DNA of 64,000 nucleotides from Rubripirellula sp. (GTDB lineage Bacteria > Planctomycetota > Planctomycetia > Pirellulales > Pirellulaceae): NCBI GenBank assembly GCA_965216875.1, contig OZ244207.1, positions 1,504,001-1,568,000 of the forward strand, given 5' to 3'. Both the position numbers and the translations under genes were made by a program. The notes beneath the pieces are model-generated. The model was given only the letters and a program-made list of their open reading frames with translations, did no database searches and had not been told where the DNA came from. Positions within the stretch are counted from its first letter, which is position 1; each line of letters starts with the position of its first letter. Positions 17,366 through 27,913 of the stretch are shown here, piece by piece.

Positions 17366-19870
17366 CTACTCCTTCCAGCGGATGTCGCCTTTGCGTTGAC
17401 GGATCTTCCATTTTTCGATCCCTGGTTCGCGGCGGACCGGGTTGTCTTGATCGGCTCGGAAATAGAGCGTCGTCCCGGTGATGCGTTGCAGGTTTTCCAA
17501 GGCAAACGCACGAACGGCCATCGAAGAGGAGTCGAGATACGCGACAAGTTCTTTATCGCCGCCCGCTTTGAGTTGTTGTTGTGAGTAACCAACAAGCATG
17601 CGTTGCAAATCGCGCGCATGGGCTGAATCGAGGTTCACGATCGCTCGGTTGATCGATTCGGCGCTGACCGAATTGAGGTCGATTGCGTCAAGAAGCGATT
17701 GGAAATGGCTTCCCCAATAGAGTCTTTGTTTGGGTTGGTTCATGATCCCATCACCGCCGAAATAGATATCCGCCCGACCCATCAGCAGGAGAGTTCGTGC
17801 GGCGAGGGCAGCGACTTCGGATCGACGAAACGATGTTGCTTCGGTGAGTGCGAGCTCAAGCGACGGCGCGCCCTGCAAGACAGCGAGCAATCCATCGCGC
17901 GCACTCGACTCAATCGACACCACACCGCTGGCCGGCGGATCGATCCATGGCAAGATCGAATCAACAGGGCTTGTCTCTTCGGACGAGTCGCCTTTTCGGA
18001 TCCATTGCACTCCTGTCGCGAGTTCATGTTCTTTGCTTTCGCTTGTGATGGTGAGCGGACCCTGTACGGCCAACGCTGCCATGAAGCGAGTGCGATTCTT
18101 CACGACGAGAGGATCCAGGCCTGGTGGTCGACTGAATTTCACACTCGCTGCGGCAGTTGCTCCCGCATCTTTAAATTGAAATTTAACGGGATGCCCTCCG
18201 AGGATGACCGTCATGTTGACACCCGGTTCATTGGCCTTGATGAGCACGCGACCGAATTGAACGTCGACGGTGAGTTGGCCACCATCGTCCTTGAGCACTA
18301 AACGACTGGCGCCGACCGAAGTGATTTCGGTGTTGTTGCTTGCTTGGAACGTCGCGCGGAAGGTCGGTGCAACAACAAGCGGCGTCCCGTCGCCGATCGC
18401 GGCGCCCGGTTTCAACCGCGTCCAATTGCCGCCGGATTGGCCTGTGACAATCAATGTTGGCCCATCGCCAAGCTTGGCAATTTCGACGGCTGGCGGTTTG
18501 GCCAAGTCATCGGGGTCGACGGGGGCCTCTTGCCCATTGGGATCATCAACGGGGGGTGGAGGCACAGGGGCGCCGGCTTCGCCAACCGTTGGTGGCACCG
18601 GCGGCGCGTCATTGGAAGCTGAATCCAACTTGTCGAGCGGAATCAATTCCATCTCGCCGATCGGCTTGACCTCTTCGCTAACCTCAACCGAAGCGGGAGC
18701 CCCGTTGGGATTGGGATCGACCGCAACGGGAATGGATTCGCCCGTGTCTTTGTCTGGGGCAGGCATCGGCAATGCATCGCCACCCGGAACTGGCGGCGCG
18801 AGATCATCAACATCGATCATGGCTTCTTCGATGTCCACGGATGCTTCGCCGCTGTTTTCGTCGTTTTCGTTGTCGACGGCGGCCGGCAGTACATCCGCTT
18901 GTTCGACCGGTTCCTGACCTTCGTCAACCGCGGGCGCCGGAATCACTTCCGCCCCCTCAGACGTTCCGATCTCTTCTGGGTTTGCATTCGTTTGATCGGT
19001 CGCGCCATTCGTTTGGTCGGATTCTGGCTCACCATCGGCTTGTTGGTTGTTTTCAACGATGGGGGAAAGATCGCCGTCCGCCTCGGCCAGCTTGCCATTG
19101 TCCAACAACGGGTAGAAGATTCGCGCGAGCGCAAAGAGGGTCACCGCGGTAAGGGCGAGGGTGACCAGCCAAGGTGTGATTCGTGAGGTTCGAACCGTTC
19201 CCCCGTAGAGAGAAGTTTCATCGGTCGCTCGCGGTTTAGTCCCGGCGATGGCGGGACCGGTTCCCGCGTTTGAAAGCGCATCATCGACCACGCCTGCTTC
19301 GCGCAGACGCGTTGGTGCGTCGGACACACCGGAATCTGCGATGCCAACCGGTTTGACGTCGCTTGGAGGTTCAGCCGCATTGGCATCGGCGGTCAGGATG
19401 TCGTCCTGCGAAGGGCCTAGATCGGGGCTTTCGGGAATGGAGACTGCCGAAAAGCTGCCAGAGGGCGTTGCGATCGATTCGATATTCTTTTCCGGGAGTT
19501 CGTAAATTCGTTGTCGCAGTTCGGGCGAAACCTCTGCCGACTTTCCCAGAATCAGAGTCAAAATTTGGTGACACGCGGCAGCCTCGGCCAGATGCGTGTC
19601 GGATTCCAAGCAGGCACGCTCGATTTCCGCAACCTGCTCGGGGGTCAACGTGCTGTCTAAGTACTCGCTGATCACATTGGCGTCTTCAACCGGGCCAACT
19701 GAATCGGGAGTCGGCGCGGAAAGTTCTCCATTGACCAAGCTTTGGCGAATGCGTTGAACGAGCGTTGTCGCAAATCCACTCTCGGACAGCTTGTCACGCA
19801 ATGCGCTGGCATCATCGGGGTCAAGCGTGTTGTCGAGATAAGCCAGCAGCGTACGCAGAGTCAATCGCAT
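17366..19870 (-). CDS. Conserved planctomycete single-pass membrane protein (anti-sigma-like N-terminus, acidic/Pro-rich linker, globular C-terminus)
   Basis: 834-aa ORF with MRLTLRTLLAYLD..SEYLDSTL..EAAACHQIL, one TM segment (WLVTLALTAVTLFAL) and a long low-complexity linker. Confidence 0.75.
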   Translation of the reverse strand: MRLTLRTLLAYLDNTLDPDDASALRDKLSESGFATTLVQRIRQSLVNGELSAPTPDSVGPVEDANVISEYLDSTLTPEQVAEIERACLESDTHLAEAAACHQILTLILGKSAEVSPELRQRIYELPEKNIESIATPSGSFSAVSIPESPDLGPSQDDILTADANAAEPPSDVKPVGIADSGVSDAPTRLREAGVVDDALSNAGTGPAIAGTKPRATDETSLYGGTVRTSRITPWLVTLALTAVTLFALARIFYPLLDNGKLAEADGDLSPIVENNQQADGEPESDQTNGATDQTNANPEEIGTSEGAEVIPAPAVDEGQEPVEQADVLPAAVDNENDENSGEASVDIEEAMIDVDDLAPPVPGGDALPMPAPDKDTGESIPVAVDPNPNGAPASVEVSEEVKPIGEMELIPLDKLDSASNDAPPVPPTVGEAGAPVPPPPVDDPNGQEAPVDPDDLAKPPAVEIAKLGDGPTLIVTGQSGGNWTRLKPGAAIGDGTPLVVAPTFRATFQASNNTEITSVGASRLVLKDDGGQLTVDVQFGRVLIKANEPGVNMTVILGGHPVKFQFKDAGATAAASVKFSRPPGLDPLVVKNRTRFMAALAVQGPLTITSESKEHELATGVQWIRKGDSSEETSPVDSILPWIDPPASGVVSIESSARDGLLAVLQGAPSLELALTEATSFRRSEVAALAARTLLLMGRADIYFGGDGIMNQPKQRLYWGSHFQSLLDAIDLNSVSAESINRAIVNLDSAHARDLQRMLVGYSQQQLKAGGDKELVAYLDSSSMAVRAFALENLQRITGTTLYFRADQDNPVRREPGIEKWKIRQRKGDIRWKE

Positions 19871-20084
19871 TGGTTCAGTCTCATCGGAGCGGAAAAACGT
19901 GCCGTTTCTCTATTTGTGTCCAATGCCCGACCAACCCGTGCGAGATTTTGCAGTTTTTGCAAAAAGAGTTTGAAATTGCAGGCGATCGTCGATGCGAAGC
20001 GATCTCTCTGAATCGTCACAAAAACACCTGTGGGCAACGGGGTAGGGTGCACCGACCATCACCCAACTCGGTTACACTCTATGC

Positions 20085-20978
20085 ATGTCAGCATCCACTG
20101 AATCCATTCCATTGTTGTCACCCGATTTGCTCGCTCGGCTCGAACGTCTTGAGTTGGTGTCGCGCAAAGTGTTCCGCGGTCGCATGAAAGGTGAACGACG
20201 CAGTCGACGGAAAGGTCAAAGCGTCGAGTTTGCCGACTTTCGAAACTATGTTGCCGGTGATGACCTGCGGTTGATCGACTGGAATCTGTACGCGCGACTT
20301 GATCAGCTCTTCCTAAAGCTCTTTTTGGAAGAGGAAGACCTGCACTTTTATGGCATCTTCGATTGCAGCGAATCGATGAACTTTGGTGATCCCACCAAGT
20401 TGCATGTTGCCAAGCAGCTTGCCGCGGCACTGGGATACGTCGGCCTTTGTCGCGCGGACCGAGTGAGTGTGTCGGCGCTTGGGCCTCAGGGGCGGACCGC
20501 ACCGGTGCTTCGCGGCCGAGCGAGCCTTTGGAAGATGCTCAACTACCTCGAGTCGGTCGAAGCTGGCGGGAACGTTTCCCTTTACGACGGCGTACGCGAT
20601 TTTTCGATTCGCAACTCGGGAACGGGGATCGCCGTTTTGCTGACTGACTTGATGGACAAAACGGGGTACGAATCAGCGCTGCGGATGCTCGTCGGGCGTC
20701 GCATGGATGTTTTTGTCATGCATATCCTTTCGCCCGAGGAAATCGATCCGCCGCTGCGTGGCGATCGCAAGCTGATCGATGTCGAAGACGCCGACGAAGC
20801 TGAGATCACGATCAACGCCTACGTGTTGGAAAAGTACAAGGAAACGCTGCAGTCTTTCATCGGATCGGTCAAGACTTTCTGCAGTCGACGTTCGATTGTC
20901 TACATTCCGGTGAGAACGGACACGTCGGTCGAGACCATTGTGACTCACTATCTTCGTGAACGTGGGGTGGTGCGATGA
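20085..20978 (+). CDS. DUF58 domain protein
   Basis: GQSVEFADFRNYVAGDDLRLIDWNLYAR and DCSESM. Confidence 0.93.
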   Translation: MSASTESIPLLSPDLLARLERLELVSRKVFRGRMKGERRSRRKGQSVEFADFRNYVAGDDLRLIDWNLYARLDQLFLKLFLEEEDLHFYGIFDCSESMNFGDPTKLHVAKQLAAALGYVGLCRADRVSVSALGPQGRTAPVLRGRASLWKMLNYLESVEAGGNVSLYDGVRDFSIRNSGTGIAVLLTDLMDKTGYESALRMLVGRRMDVFVMHILSPEEIDPPLRGDRKLIDVEDADEAEITINAYVLEKYKETLQSFIGSVKTFCSRRSIVYIPVRTDTSVETIVTHYLRERGVVR

Positions 20979-23077
20979 GTTGGATTTCGGCACTCCAACC
21001 CTGGCAGTGGGCTCTGCTTTCTGCGATTCCGGTTGGAATCATCCTGCTTTACTTTCTGAAACTTCGACGCGAGCCGGTTCAGGTCCCGAGTACCTACCTC
21101 TGGTCTCGAACGATCGAGGATCTGCACGTCAACAGTTTGTTGCAACGTTTGCGCCGCAACATTCTGCTGCTGTTGCAACTGTTGGCTGTGGCCTTTGCCG
21201 CAATCGCACTGATGCGTCCGGGGATTCGTGGCGAAGACAAAGACCAACGTCGGATCGTGTTCTTGCTTGACACGTCGGCCAGCATGCAGGCGACCGATGT
21301 CGAAGACGATAAGAGTCGGTTCGAGCAGGCCAAGCGAATGATTCGCGAACGCATCGACTCGATCAGTGCAAACGAAAGTTTGATGTTGGTGACTTTCAGC
21401 GATCGCGCCGAAGTGTTGCAGTCGTTCACGACCGACCGATCTCGCCTCCGTGACGCGCTCAATCGCGCGAGCGTGACCAACCATCCCACCGATATACTTG
21501 GCGCACTCAAGGCCGCCGACGGGTTAGCGAACCCACGCCGCTCTTCGGAAGTTGGCGATGTGAATGACGTGCAGGTTGCTGATGCGCTGCCGGCAGACTT
21601 GCTCATCTACAGTGATGGCGGCTTTCAGAGTGTTACTGAATTTGACCTTGGTAACCTGATCCCGCAGTACATCGCGGTCGGTGAGAAGACCGTCACCAAC
21701 TTGGCGATCACTGCATTTTCAGCCGAGCGGAATGTCGAGAATCCCTCTGAGGTGCAGGCGTTTGCGACGATTGTGAATCTCGGGACCGTCGATGCCACTG
21801 CCGTGGCGACGCTCACACGCGAAAGCAGTGAAGAGGATCTTGAGGGCGCCGAACGCGTTTCGCTTGAACCGGGTGAACAGGTGGGGATCGAATTCAGTTT
21901 GGACAGCGAAGACGCGGTGTCCCTGAAATTGAAGCTGACCAACGAAGGCTCGGACGATTTGTACGACGACGACCTTGCCATCGATAACGTTGCCTTTGCA
22001 GGTTTGACGCCGATGCGAACGGTTTCGGTGTTGGTGATCACCGACGGCAACACGCCGCTTCGGCTTGGAACCAGTACGGACAAGGCGGCCAAGATTTGCG
22101 ATGCCGAATTCAAATTGACGTCCTACCTCGATACGGATGAATACGCCCAACGTGCCAGGACCGGCAACGATGATTTGATCATCTACGATCGATGCTCACC
22201 GTCGCAGATGCCGCTCACCAACACGTTCTTCATCGGTGCGCTTCCGCCCGATCCCGATAGCGTTGATGACGAATCGGAAAGTGAGTCACCGCCCGAGGCA
22301 GAGGAATCGGAGACGGCGTCCACCGACGAAGGGGCAACCAACACCGGTGTTCCCGGCAAATGGGAATGGGCAACCGAACGGTCCGGCGTGGTTCTGATTG
22401 ATATGGATCGCACGCATCCGATCATGCGCTTCATCGAAGTCTTTTCGCTGCTGATTTTTGACGGACGCGCGATCACGGGGCCTCCCGGATCGAGCGAGTT
22501 GGTGGGGGCTGACATTGGACCAATGATGGTCATCGCACCTCGCGATGGTTTTCAAGACATGGTGCTTGGCTTCGATATCGTGGCCGAAATGGACGGCAGC
22601 CTGCAGGCCAACACGAACTGGTATGCCGAGCGGTCGTGGCCCGTGTTTGTTCTTAATGTGCTTCGTTACCTGGCCGGTGCGGCCGAATCGAGCGGTGCCC
22701 CTTCGTTCCAGCCTGGCCAGGTCGTGCAACTGCGTCTGGAAAGTGCCATCACCGATGCGGAGTATTCACGGATCGGAGGTAAGAAGGAGAAGGTGCAGCC
22801 TGGTGCCAGCGGCATTGTTGAGGTTGTCGAGACCGAAGAGGTGGGCAACTACCGCGTGGAGGCGGGCGGCCAGCTTGCCGACTTGTTTACGGTGAATCTA
22901 TTCGATGGCGTCGAGAGCCAACTCGCGGTCGCCGAAAGCGTCGACTTGGGCTACGAAAAGGTTACTGCCGTGACAGCCGGGATCGAACAACGTGTCGAGT
23001 ATTGGCGGTTAGTCCTGCTGGTGATGCTTCTTCTTCTGGCTGGCGAATGGTGGCTCTACACTCGTCGCGTTGCCTAG
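20975..23077 (+). CDS. BatA-like N-terminus / VWA domain membrane protein
   Basis: N-terminal IILLYFLKLRR..VPSTYLW double-TM segment, MIDAS DTSASM and C-terminal TM ending GEWW. ATGA overlap with the DUF58 gene. Confidence 0.9.
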   Translation: MSWISALQPWQWALLSAIPVGIILLYFLKLRREPVQVPSTYLWSRTIEDLHVNSLLQRLRRNILLLLQLLAVAFAAIALMRPGIRGEDKDQRRIVFLLDTSASMQATDVEDDKSRFEQAKRMIRERIDSISANESLMLVTFSDRAEVLQSFTTDRSRLRDALNRASVTNHPTDILGALKAADGLANPRRSSEVGDVNDVQVADALPADLLIYSDGGFQSVTEFDLGNLIPQYIAVGEKTVTNLAITAFSAERNVENPSEVQAFATIVNLGTVDATAVATLTRESSEEDLEGAERVSLEPGEQVGIEFSLDSEDAVSLKLKLTNEGSDDLYDDDLAIDNVAFAGLTPMRTVSVLVITDGNTPLRLGTSTDKAAKICDAEFKLTSYLDTDEYAQRARTGNDDLIIYDRCSPSQMPLTNTFFIGALPPDPDSVDDESESESPPEAEESETASTDEGATNTGVPGKWEWATERSGVVLIDMDRTHPIMRFIEVFSLLIFDGRAITGPPGSSELVGADIGPMMVIAPRDGFQDMVLGFDIVAEMDGSLQANTNWYAERSWPVFVLNVLRYLAGAAESSGAPSFQPGQVVQLRLESAITDAEYSRIGGKKEKVQPGASGIVEVVETEEVGNYRVEAGGQLADLFTVNLFDGVESQLAVAESVDLGYEKVTAVTAGIEQRVEYWRLVLLVMLLLLAGEWWLYTRRVA

Positions 23078-23214
23078 CTCGCGTTGGGTGCGAACCAGCC
23101 GCTGTGTGAGGTTTCGGAATCGGGGCCGACGCGCGGCCGAGATTTGGCTTACAATGGGCATCCCTCCAAGATCCCACCTATTTCCGCCGTTGGCTCGCAG
23201 CCAACTCAAGCGAT

Positions 23215-26200
23215 ATGAAAAGCCAACCTACGAGTGCGCGGGCACGAAACGCATCGATCGGATGTGTTTCACTTGTACTCTCAATGCTTTTCGCCGTGCC
23301 CTCGCGCGGCGATCAGAACGAAGACTTATTCGAAATCCATGTTCGTCCTGTTTTTGTCTCCAAATGCATTCGATGCCATGGACCAGAGAAAGCGGAGAGT
23401 GGACTCGACCTGACAACCCTCGACGGACTGCTTGAAGGGGGCGATTCGGGGGCCGCGATCGAACGCGGCCAGCCCGAAGCGAGCTTGCTGATCGAAGCAC
23501 TTCGGTACGAGTCCTTCGAAATGCCTCCCGATGGGGAGCTCGAGAAGAAGACGATTGCTGGGATCGCAAAATGGATCGAGGGTGGCGCGACCTGGCCACA
23601 GGGAACCGTCCTAAAGGCTGGGCCGAAGATCAGCGAAGAAGATCGCCAGTGGTGGTGTTACCAGCCGATTCAAGATCCGATTCTTCCCGCTGTTTCGACA
23701 ACCGATTGGCCACGCGGCGGCATCGATCACTTCATCTTCGCGAAACTCGCGGAGAATGAAATCGCTCCGGCGGACCAGGCCGACATGTTGGCATTGGTGC
23801 GACGCGTTCATTTTGCGGTCACCGGTCTGCCGCCGTCGAATGAGGTTTGTGACGAGGCGCGGAAGCCAGGCTTCGACTACGAGGCCTTTGTGGATCGCTT
23901 GCTTGGTAGTGAGAGCTACGGAGAAAACCAAGCTCGCTATTGGCTTGATCTGGTGCGCTACGCCGAATCCGATGGGTATCGGGCCGACCATGCTCGCCCC
24001 GAGGCGTATCGCTACCGCGACTATGTGATCAAGGCGTTCAACGACGACAAGCCTTACGATCAATTCATTCGCGAACAGATTGCCGGGGATGAAATTGCGC
24101 CCGGCAACCGCGAGGCGCTCACTGCAACGATGTACTTGCGTCACTGGATCTACGAACACAATCAGCGTGACGTCGAAACTCAGTGGCACGAAATCTTGAG
24201 CGACATCACGGAAACCACCGGTGATGTCTTCTTGGCCCAGGGACTCAAGTGTGCACGCTGCCACGACCACAAGTTCGATCCGATCTTGCAAAAGGACTAT
24301 TTTCGCATCAAGGCGTTTTTTGCTGCGTTTCAACCGGACGAGGCGCATCCTGTTGCGGACGTCGAAACGTTAGCCAAATACCACGCCGAATACAAAGTTT
24401 GGGAAGAGGCGACCGAGTCGACTCGGAAAGAGCTTCGTGAACTCGAACAGCCAGTCCTGCTTGAACATGCGACCCGCGAAGGTTTTGCCAAGTTCATTCC
24501 GAAGATCAAAGAGATGATTCGGGCCAGGCCGGTCGATCGCTCTCCCTATGAACATCAAATCGCTTCCCTTGCGTCGCGGCAGTTCGATCTGCCGCATGAC
24601 AAGATCGAAGAATGGCTAAGCGACGAGCAGAAAGAAAAACGGAAACGGTTGCGCGAGAAGCTGGCAGAGCTTGATTCGCTCAAGCCCGAGCCGCTGCCAA
24701 CGATGAAGTTTGTCGCCAGCGACATTGGGCCAATTGCGCCCGCGACCTTTATCCCAGACGACGAAACCAAAACGGAGATTTCACCGGGCTACCTCACGCT
24801 GCTGGACCCTCGCGATGCGGAGATCGTTGACGTTCCCGCCGCGCTTCGGTCGACCGGACGACGCACGACACTTGCGAATTGGATTGCCAGTGACGCGAAT
24901 CCCCTGACCGCTCGAGTGATCGTCAACCGAATCTGGCAACAACACTTTGGCGTGGGACTCGTCGACACCTCGAGTGACTTTGGCCATCTTGGCACTCCCC
25001 CAAGCCACCCGCAGTTGTTGGACTGGCTTGCGACGCGTTTCATGAAGGATGGCTGGAGTTTGAAAAAGCTCCATCGGCGCATTCTGTTGTCAGCAACGTA
25101 TCGGCAAACGTCGCATCGTCTCGCTGACGAGAACCTTGCAAAGCTTGATCCGGCCAATCGCTTGCTGTGGAAGATGAACCCGCGACGGCTTTCAGGTGAA
25201 GAAATCCATGACGCTATCGTGTCGGCAAGTGGGGAAACCAAGAAACTCAAACGCGCGATCTACAAGCCTGTTAGGCGAAACAGTCGTGATCCGTTGCTCG
25301 CTGCCTTTGACGGTTCGGATCGCATTCGCAGCACGGGTAAGCGGCATCGGACGACGACTTCGACCCAAGCATTGCTGCTAGCCAACGGTTCTTGGGCGCA
25401 CGAAAGGGCCGAAGCGATTCGCAAACGTTTCGGACCGTCGGCCACCGACAACGGCGTGTTTGTTCGAAATGCGTACCGCGCAATGTTCGGGCGTCAGCCG
25501 TCCACAGAGGAAGTCGCTTTGGCCAACGAGTTTGTATCGCAATATGAACAAGCGACTCCACAACCCAAGCCAGCGAAAGATTCCTTACTTGTGCAAATGC
25601 CGGGGACAAAGGGGAACTCCATCGATTTGGATCCGAAGCGTCCGACGTCAGTAAAGATTCCCGCGGCCGACACGTTGCCTGATGGAGACTTTACGGTTGA
25701 GGCTGTTGTGTTGCTTCGATCGCTGTACCCTGACGCTACGGTGCGCACCATCGTTTCGCATTGGGATGGCGACCGAAAGCACACGGGTTGGGCCTTCGGT
25801 GTGACGTCGACCAAGAGTGCATTCAAGCCACGCAATCTGATTTTTCAGTTTGTGGGGCGAAAGAAGAAGGGTGATGCGCTTCAATACGAAGTGGTGCCGT
25901 CAAATCTACGTCCCGAACTCAATAAGCCGTACTACCTGGCCGCACGCGTCAAACTTGATGATCCTTCCACTGCGGGTGTCACCTTCTACATGAAGGACCT
26001 ATCGGACAAAAAGGCAAAACTGCAAACAGCGTCTGCGAAGCATAGCGTCGTGCGAGACATCCGTCCGTCAAATGAACTGATGGTTGGCGGACGCAAAGGC
26101 AAACATCTCTGGGATGGGCTGATTGACTCGGTCCGCATCGAGGCGGCGGCGCGCGACTTGGAAGTACCTGTCACTCAATCGCCTGAGCCGGCGGAATACG

Positions 26201-26373
26201 TAGTCGATCTGCAATTTGATTCGAAAGAGCAACTTGGCCAGGACGCTTCGACCTACGGCAACCATGCGGAAATCTCGTTCAAGACCAATCCGGTGATCAC
26301 GCCACGCGAACGGGCGCAAACGGCATTGGTCCATGCACTGCTAAATTCAAACGAATTGATCTATGTCGACTAG
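23215..26373 (+). CDS. Planctomycete cytochrome c / DUF1549 / DUF1553 protein with inserted LamG-like domain
   Basis: CIRCH and CARCHDHKFDP haem-type motifs, WLDLVRYAESDG, ARVIVNRIWQQHFG and PPSHPQLLDWLA. A LamG-like DFTVEA...GLIDSVRI segment precedes the terminal LLNSNELIYVD. Confidence 0.92.
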   Translation: MKSQPTSARARNASIGCVSLVLSMLFAVPSRGDQNEDLFEIHVRPVFVSKCIRCHGPEKAESGLDLTTLDGLLEGGDSGAAIERGQPEASLLIEALRYESFEMPPDGELEKKTIAGIAKWIEGGATWPQGTVLKAGPKISEEDRQWWCYQPIQDPILPAVSTTDWPRGGIDHFIFAKLAENEIAPADQADMLALVRRVHFAVTGLPPSNEVCDEARKPGFDYEAFVDRLLGSESYGENQARYWLDLVRYAESDGYRADHARPEAYRYRDYVIKAFNDDKPYDQFIREQIAGDEIAPGNREALTATMYLRHWIYEHNQRDVETQWHEILSDITETTGDVFLAQGLKCARCHDHKFDPILQKDYFRIKAFFAAFQPDEAHPVADVETLAKYHAEYKVWEEATESTRKELRELEQPVLLEHATREGFAKFIPKIKEMIRARPVDRSPYEHQIASLASRQFDLPHDKIEEWLSDEQKEKRKRLREKLAELDSLKPEPLPTMKFVASDIGPIAPATFIPDDETKTEISPGYLTLLDPRDAEIVDVPAALRSTGRRTTLANWIASDANPLTARVIVNRIWQQHFGVGLVDTSSDFGHLGTPPSHPQLLDWLATRFMKDGWSLKKLHRRILLSATYRQTSHRLADENLAKLDPANRLLWKMNPRRLSGEEIHDAIVSASGETKKLKRAIYKPVRRNSRDPLLAAFDGSDRIRSTGKRHRTTTSTQALLLANGSWAHERAEAIRKRFGPSATDNGVFVRNAYRAMFGRQPSTEEVALANEFVSQYEQATPQPKPAKDSLLVQMPGTKGNSIDLDPKRPTSVKIPAADTLPDGDFTVEAVVLLRSLYPDATVRTIVSHWDGDRKHTGWAFGVTSTKSAFKPRNLIFQFVGRKKKGDALQYEVVPSNLRPELNKPYYLAARVKLDDPSTAGVTFYMKDLSDKKAKLQTASAKHSVVRDIRPSNELMVGGRKGKHLWDGLIDSVRIEAAARDLEVPVTQSPEPAEYVVDLQFDSKEQLGQDASTYGNHAEISFKTNPVITPRERAQTALVHALLNSNELIYVD

Positions 26374-27796
26374 CCGCAAGCGAAATACCAATCGATCGCT
26401 TCTTTCGCGCCGTGCCATGCTCGCCCAAACCGGCACCGGTTTCGGCGCGCTCGCACTGGCTGGAATGGCTGGTCGTAAGAGTGTGGCTTCCACCCCCGCT
26501 CCGTCTCCCTTGGCATCCAAACTGACGCATCACCCGGCGTCGGCAAAAAGCGTGATCTTCCTGTTTATGGAAGGCGGGCCAAGCCATGTGGATACGTTCG
26601 ACCCCAAGCCCGAGCTGCAAAAACTCGCTGGTAAACCGCTCCCGGACAGTTTCGGACGGGTGATCACCGCGATGGGCGAATTCGATTCGCCCGTGCTCGA
26701 ATCGAAACGGAAATGGAAACAGCATGGCGAAAGCGGGCTTTGGATTTCTGATTGGTTGCCACACATGGCAACGAGGGCAGACGATCTTGCTGTCGTCCGT
26801 TCCTGTTGGACCAACGGGATCAATCATTCCGGCGGTGTCTGCCAAATGAACACCGGCAGCCAGTTTGCTGGGCGACCATCGCTTGGAAGCTGGGTCACGT
26901 ACGGTCTAGGAACCGAAAACGAGAATCTGCCCGCATTCGTTGTGATGCAAGACAAGGGAACGGTCGTCAACGGTCCGCGCAATTGGAGCACCGGGTTCAT
27001 GCCCGCGGTCTACCAAGGGACGGCGATGGCAGCCGAGGGGATGCCGTTTGCAAATTTGCAAGGTCCCAAGTTCGTGCGTGACGAACAACAAAGGATGTCG
27101 CTCGATTACCTTGCGCAAATCAACCAGCGGCACTTTGAAACGCGAAGCGACAACAACGAGCTTGAAGCGCGGATCCGCAGTTACGAACTTGCCTACCAGA
27201 TGCAGAGTCACGCTCCCGACGCGGTCGACCTATCGCAAGAATCTGCTGAGACTAAGTCGCTTTACGGGCTCGATGAAAAAGAAACGGCCGTGATGGGACG
27301 CAACTGTTTGCTTGCCCGCCGAATGGTCGAACGCGGGGTTCGCTTCGTTCAGGTCTATCATGGGGCAGGAAGCAAATGGGACGCACACAGCAAGATCGAG
27401 TCGAACCACACGAAGATGTGCCGCGAAATGGACAAGCCCGTCGCCGGTCTGTTAACTGACTTGGCACGACGAGGTCTGCTCGATGAGACGTTGGTGGTGT
27501 GGGGCGGCGAATTCGGCCGCACGCCAATGAGCGAAAAAGGGGATGGCCGAGATCACAATCCAACGGGGTTCACGATGGTGATGGCTGGCGGAGGCGTCCG
27601 AGCTGGCCAAGCTTACGGTTCAACCGACGAAGTGGGGCTGCACGCGGTCGAGGATCGAATCCACGTCCACGACTTTCATTCGACCATTCTGCACTTGATG
27701 GGACTCGACCATCGTGAACTGATCTACCTACACAAAGGTCGCCCCGAGAGAATCGATATGAATGAAGGGCACGTCTACAAGGACGTCATCAGCTAG
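26363..27796 (+). CDS. DUF1501 domain protein (Tat substrate)
   Basis: SRRAML Tat motif, FMEGGPSHVDTFDPKP, LLARRMVERGVRFVQ, GEFGRTP and GRDH. Confidence 0.95.
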   Translation: MSTSRKRNTNRSLLSRRAMLAQTGTGFGALALAGMAGRKSVASTPAPSPLASKLTHHPASAKSVIFLFMEGGPSHVDTFDPKPELQKLAGKPLPDSFGRVITAMGEFDSPVLESKRKWKQHGESGLWISDWLPHMATRADDLAVVRSCWTNGINHSGGVCQMNTGSQFAGRPSLGSWVTYGLGTENENLPAFVVMQDKGTVVNGPRNWSTGFMPAVYQGTAMAAEGMPFANLQGPKFVRDEQQRMSLDYLAQINQRHFETRSDNNELEARIRSYELAYQMQSHAPDAVDLSQESAETKSLYGLDEKETAVMGRNCLLARRMVERGVRFVQVYHGAGSKWDAHSKIESNHTKMCREMDKPVAGLLTDLARRGLLDETLVVWGGEFGRTPMSEKGDGRDHNPTGFTMVMAGGGVRAGQAYGSTDEVGLHAVEDRIHVHDFHSTILHLMGLDHRELIYLHKGRPERIDMNEGHVYKDVIS

Positions 27797-27821
27797 AACG
27801 CGTTAGCGTCATCCCAGCAAG

Positions 27822-27888
27822 CACCCTCCCGGGTGCGGGGAGGGGTGGCGCTAAGTCCGGAGGCTACTTTCGCGGAGCGAAAGGCGAC
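27822..27888. repeat. GC hairpin plus repeat family C copy between convergent genes
   Basis: Imperfect CACCCTCCC...GGGAGGGGTG hairpin at 27822-27847. The 26-mer at 27863-27888 is identical to 2288-2313. Confidence 0.8.
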
Positions 27889-27913
27889 ATTCAACCGCGA
27901 AGATTGCTCCGCT

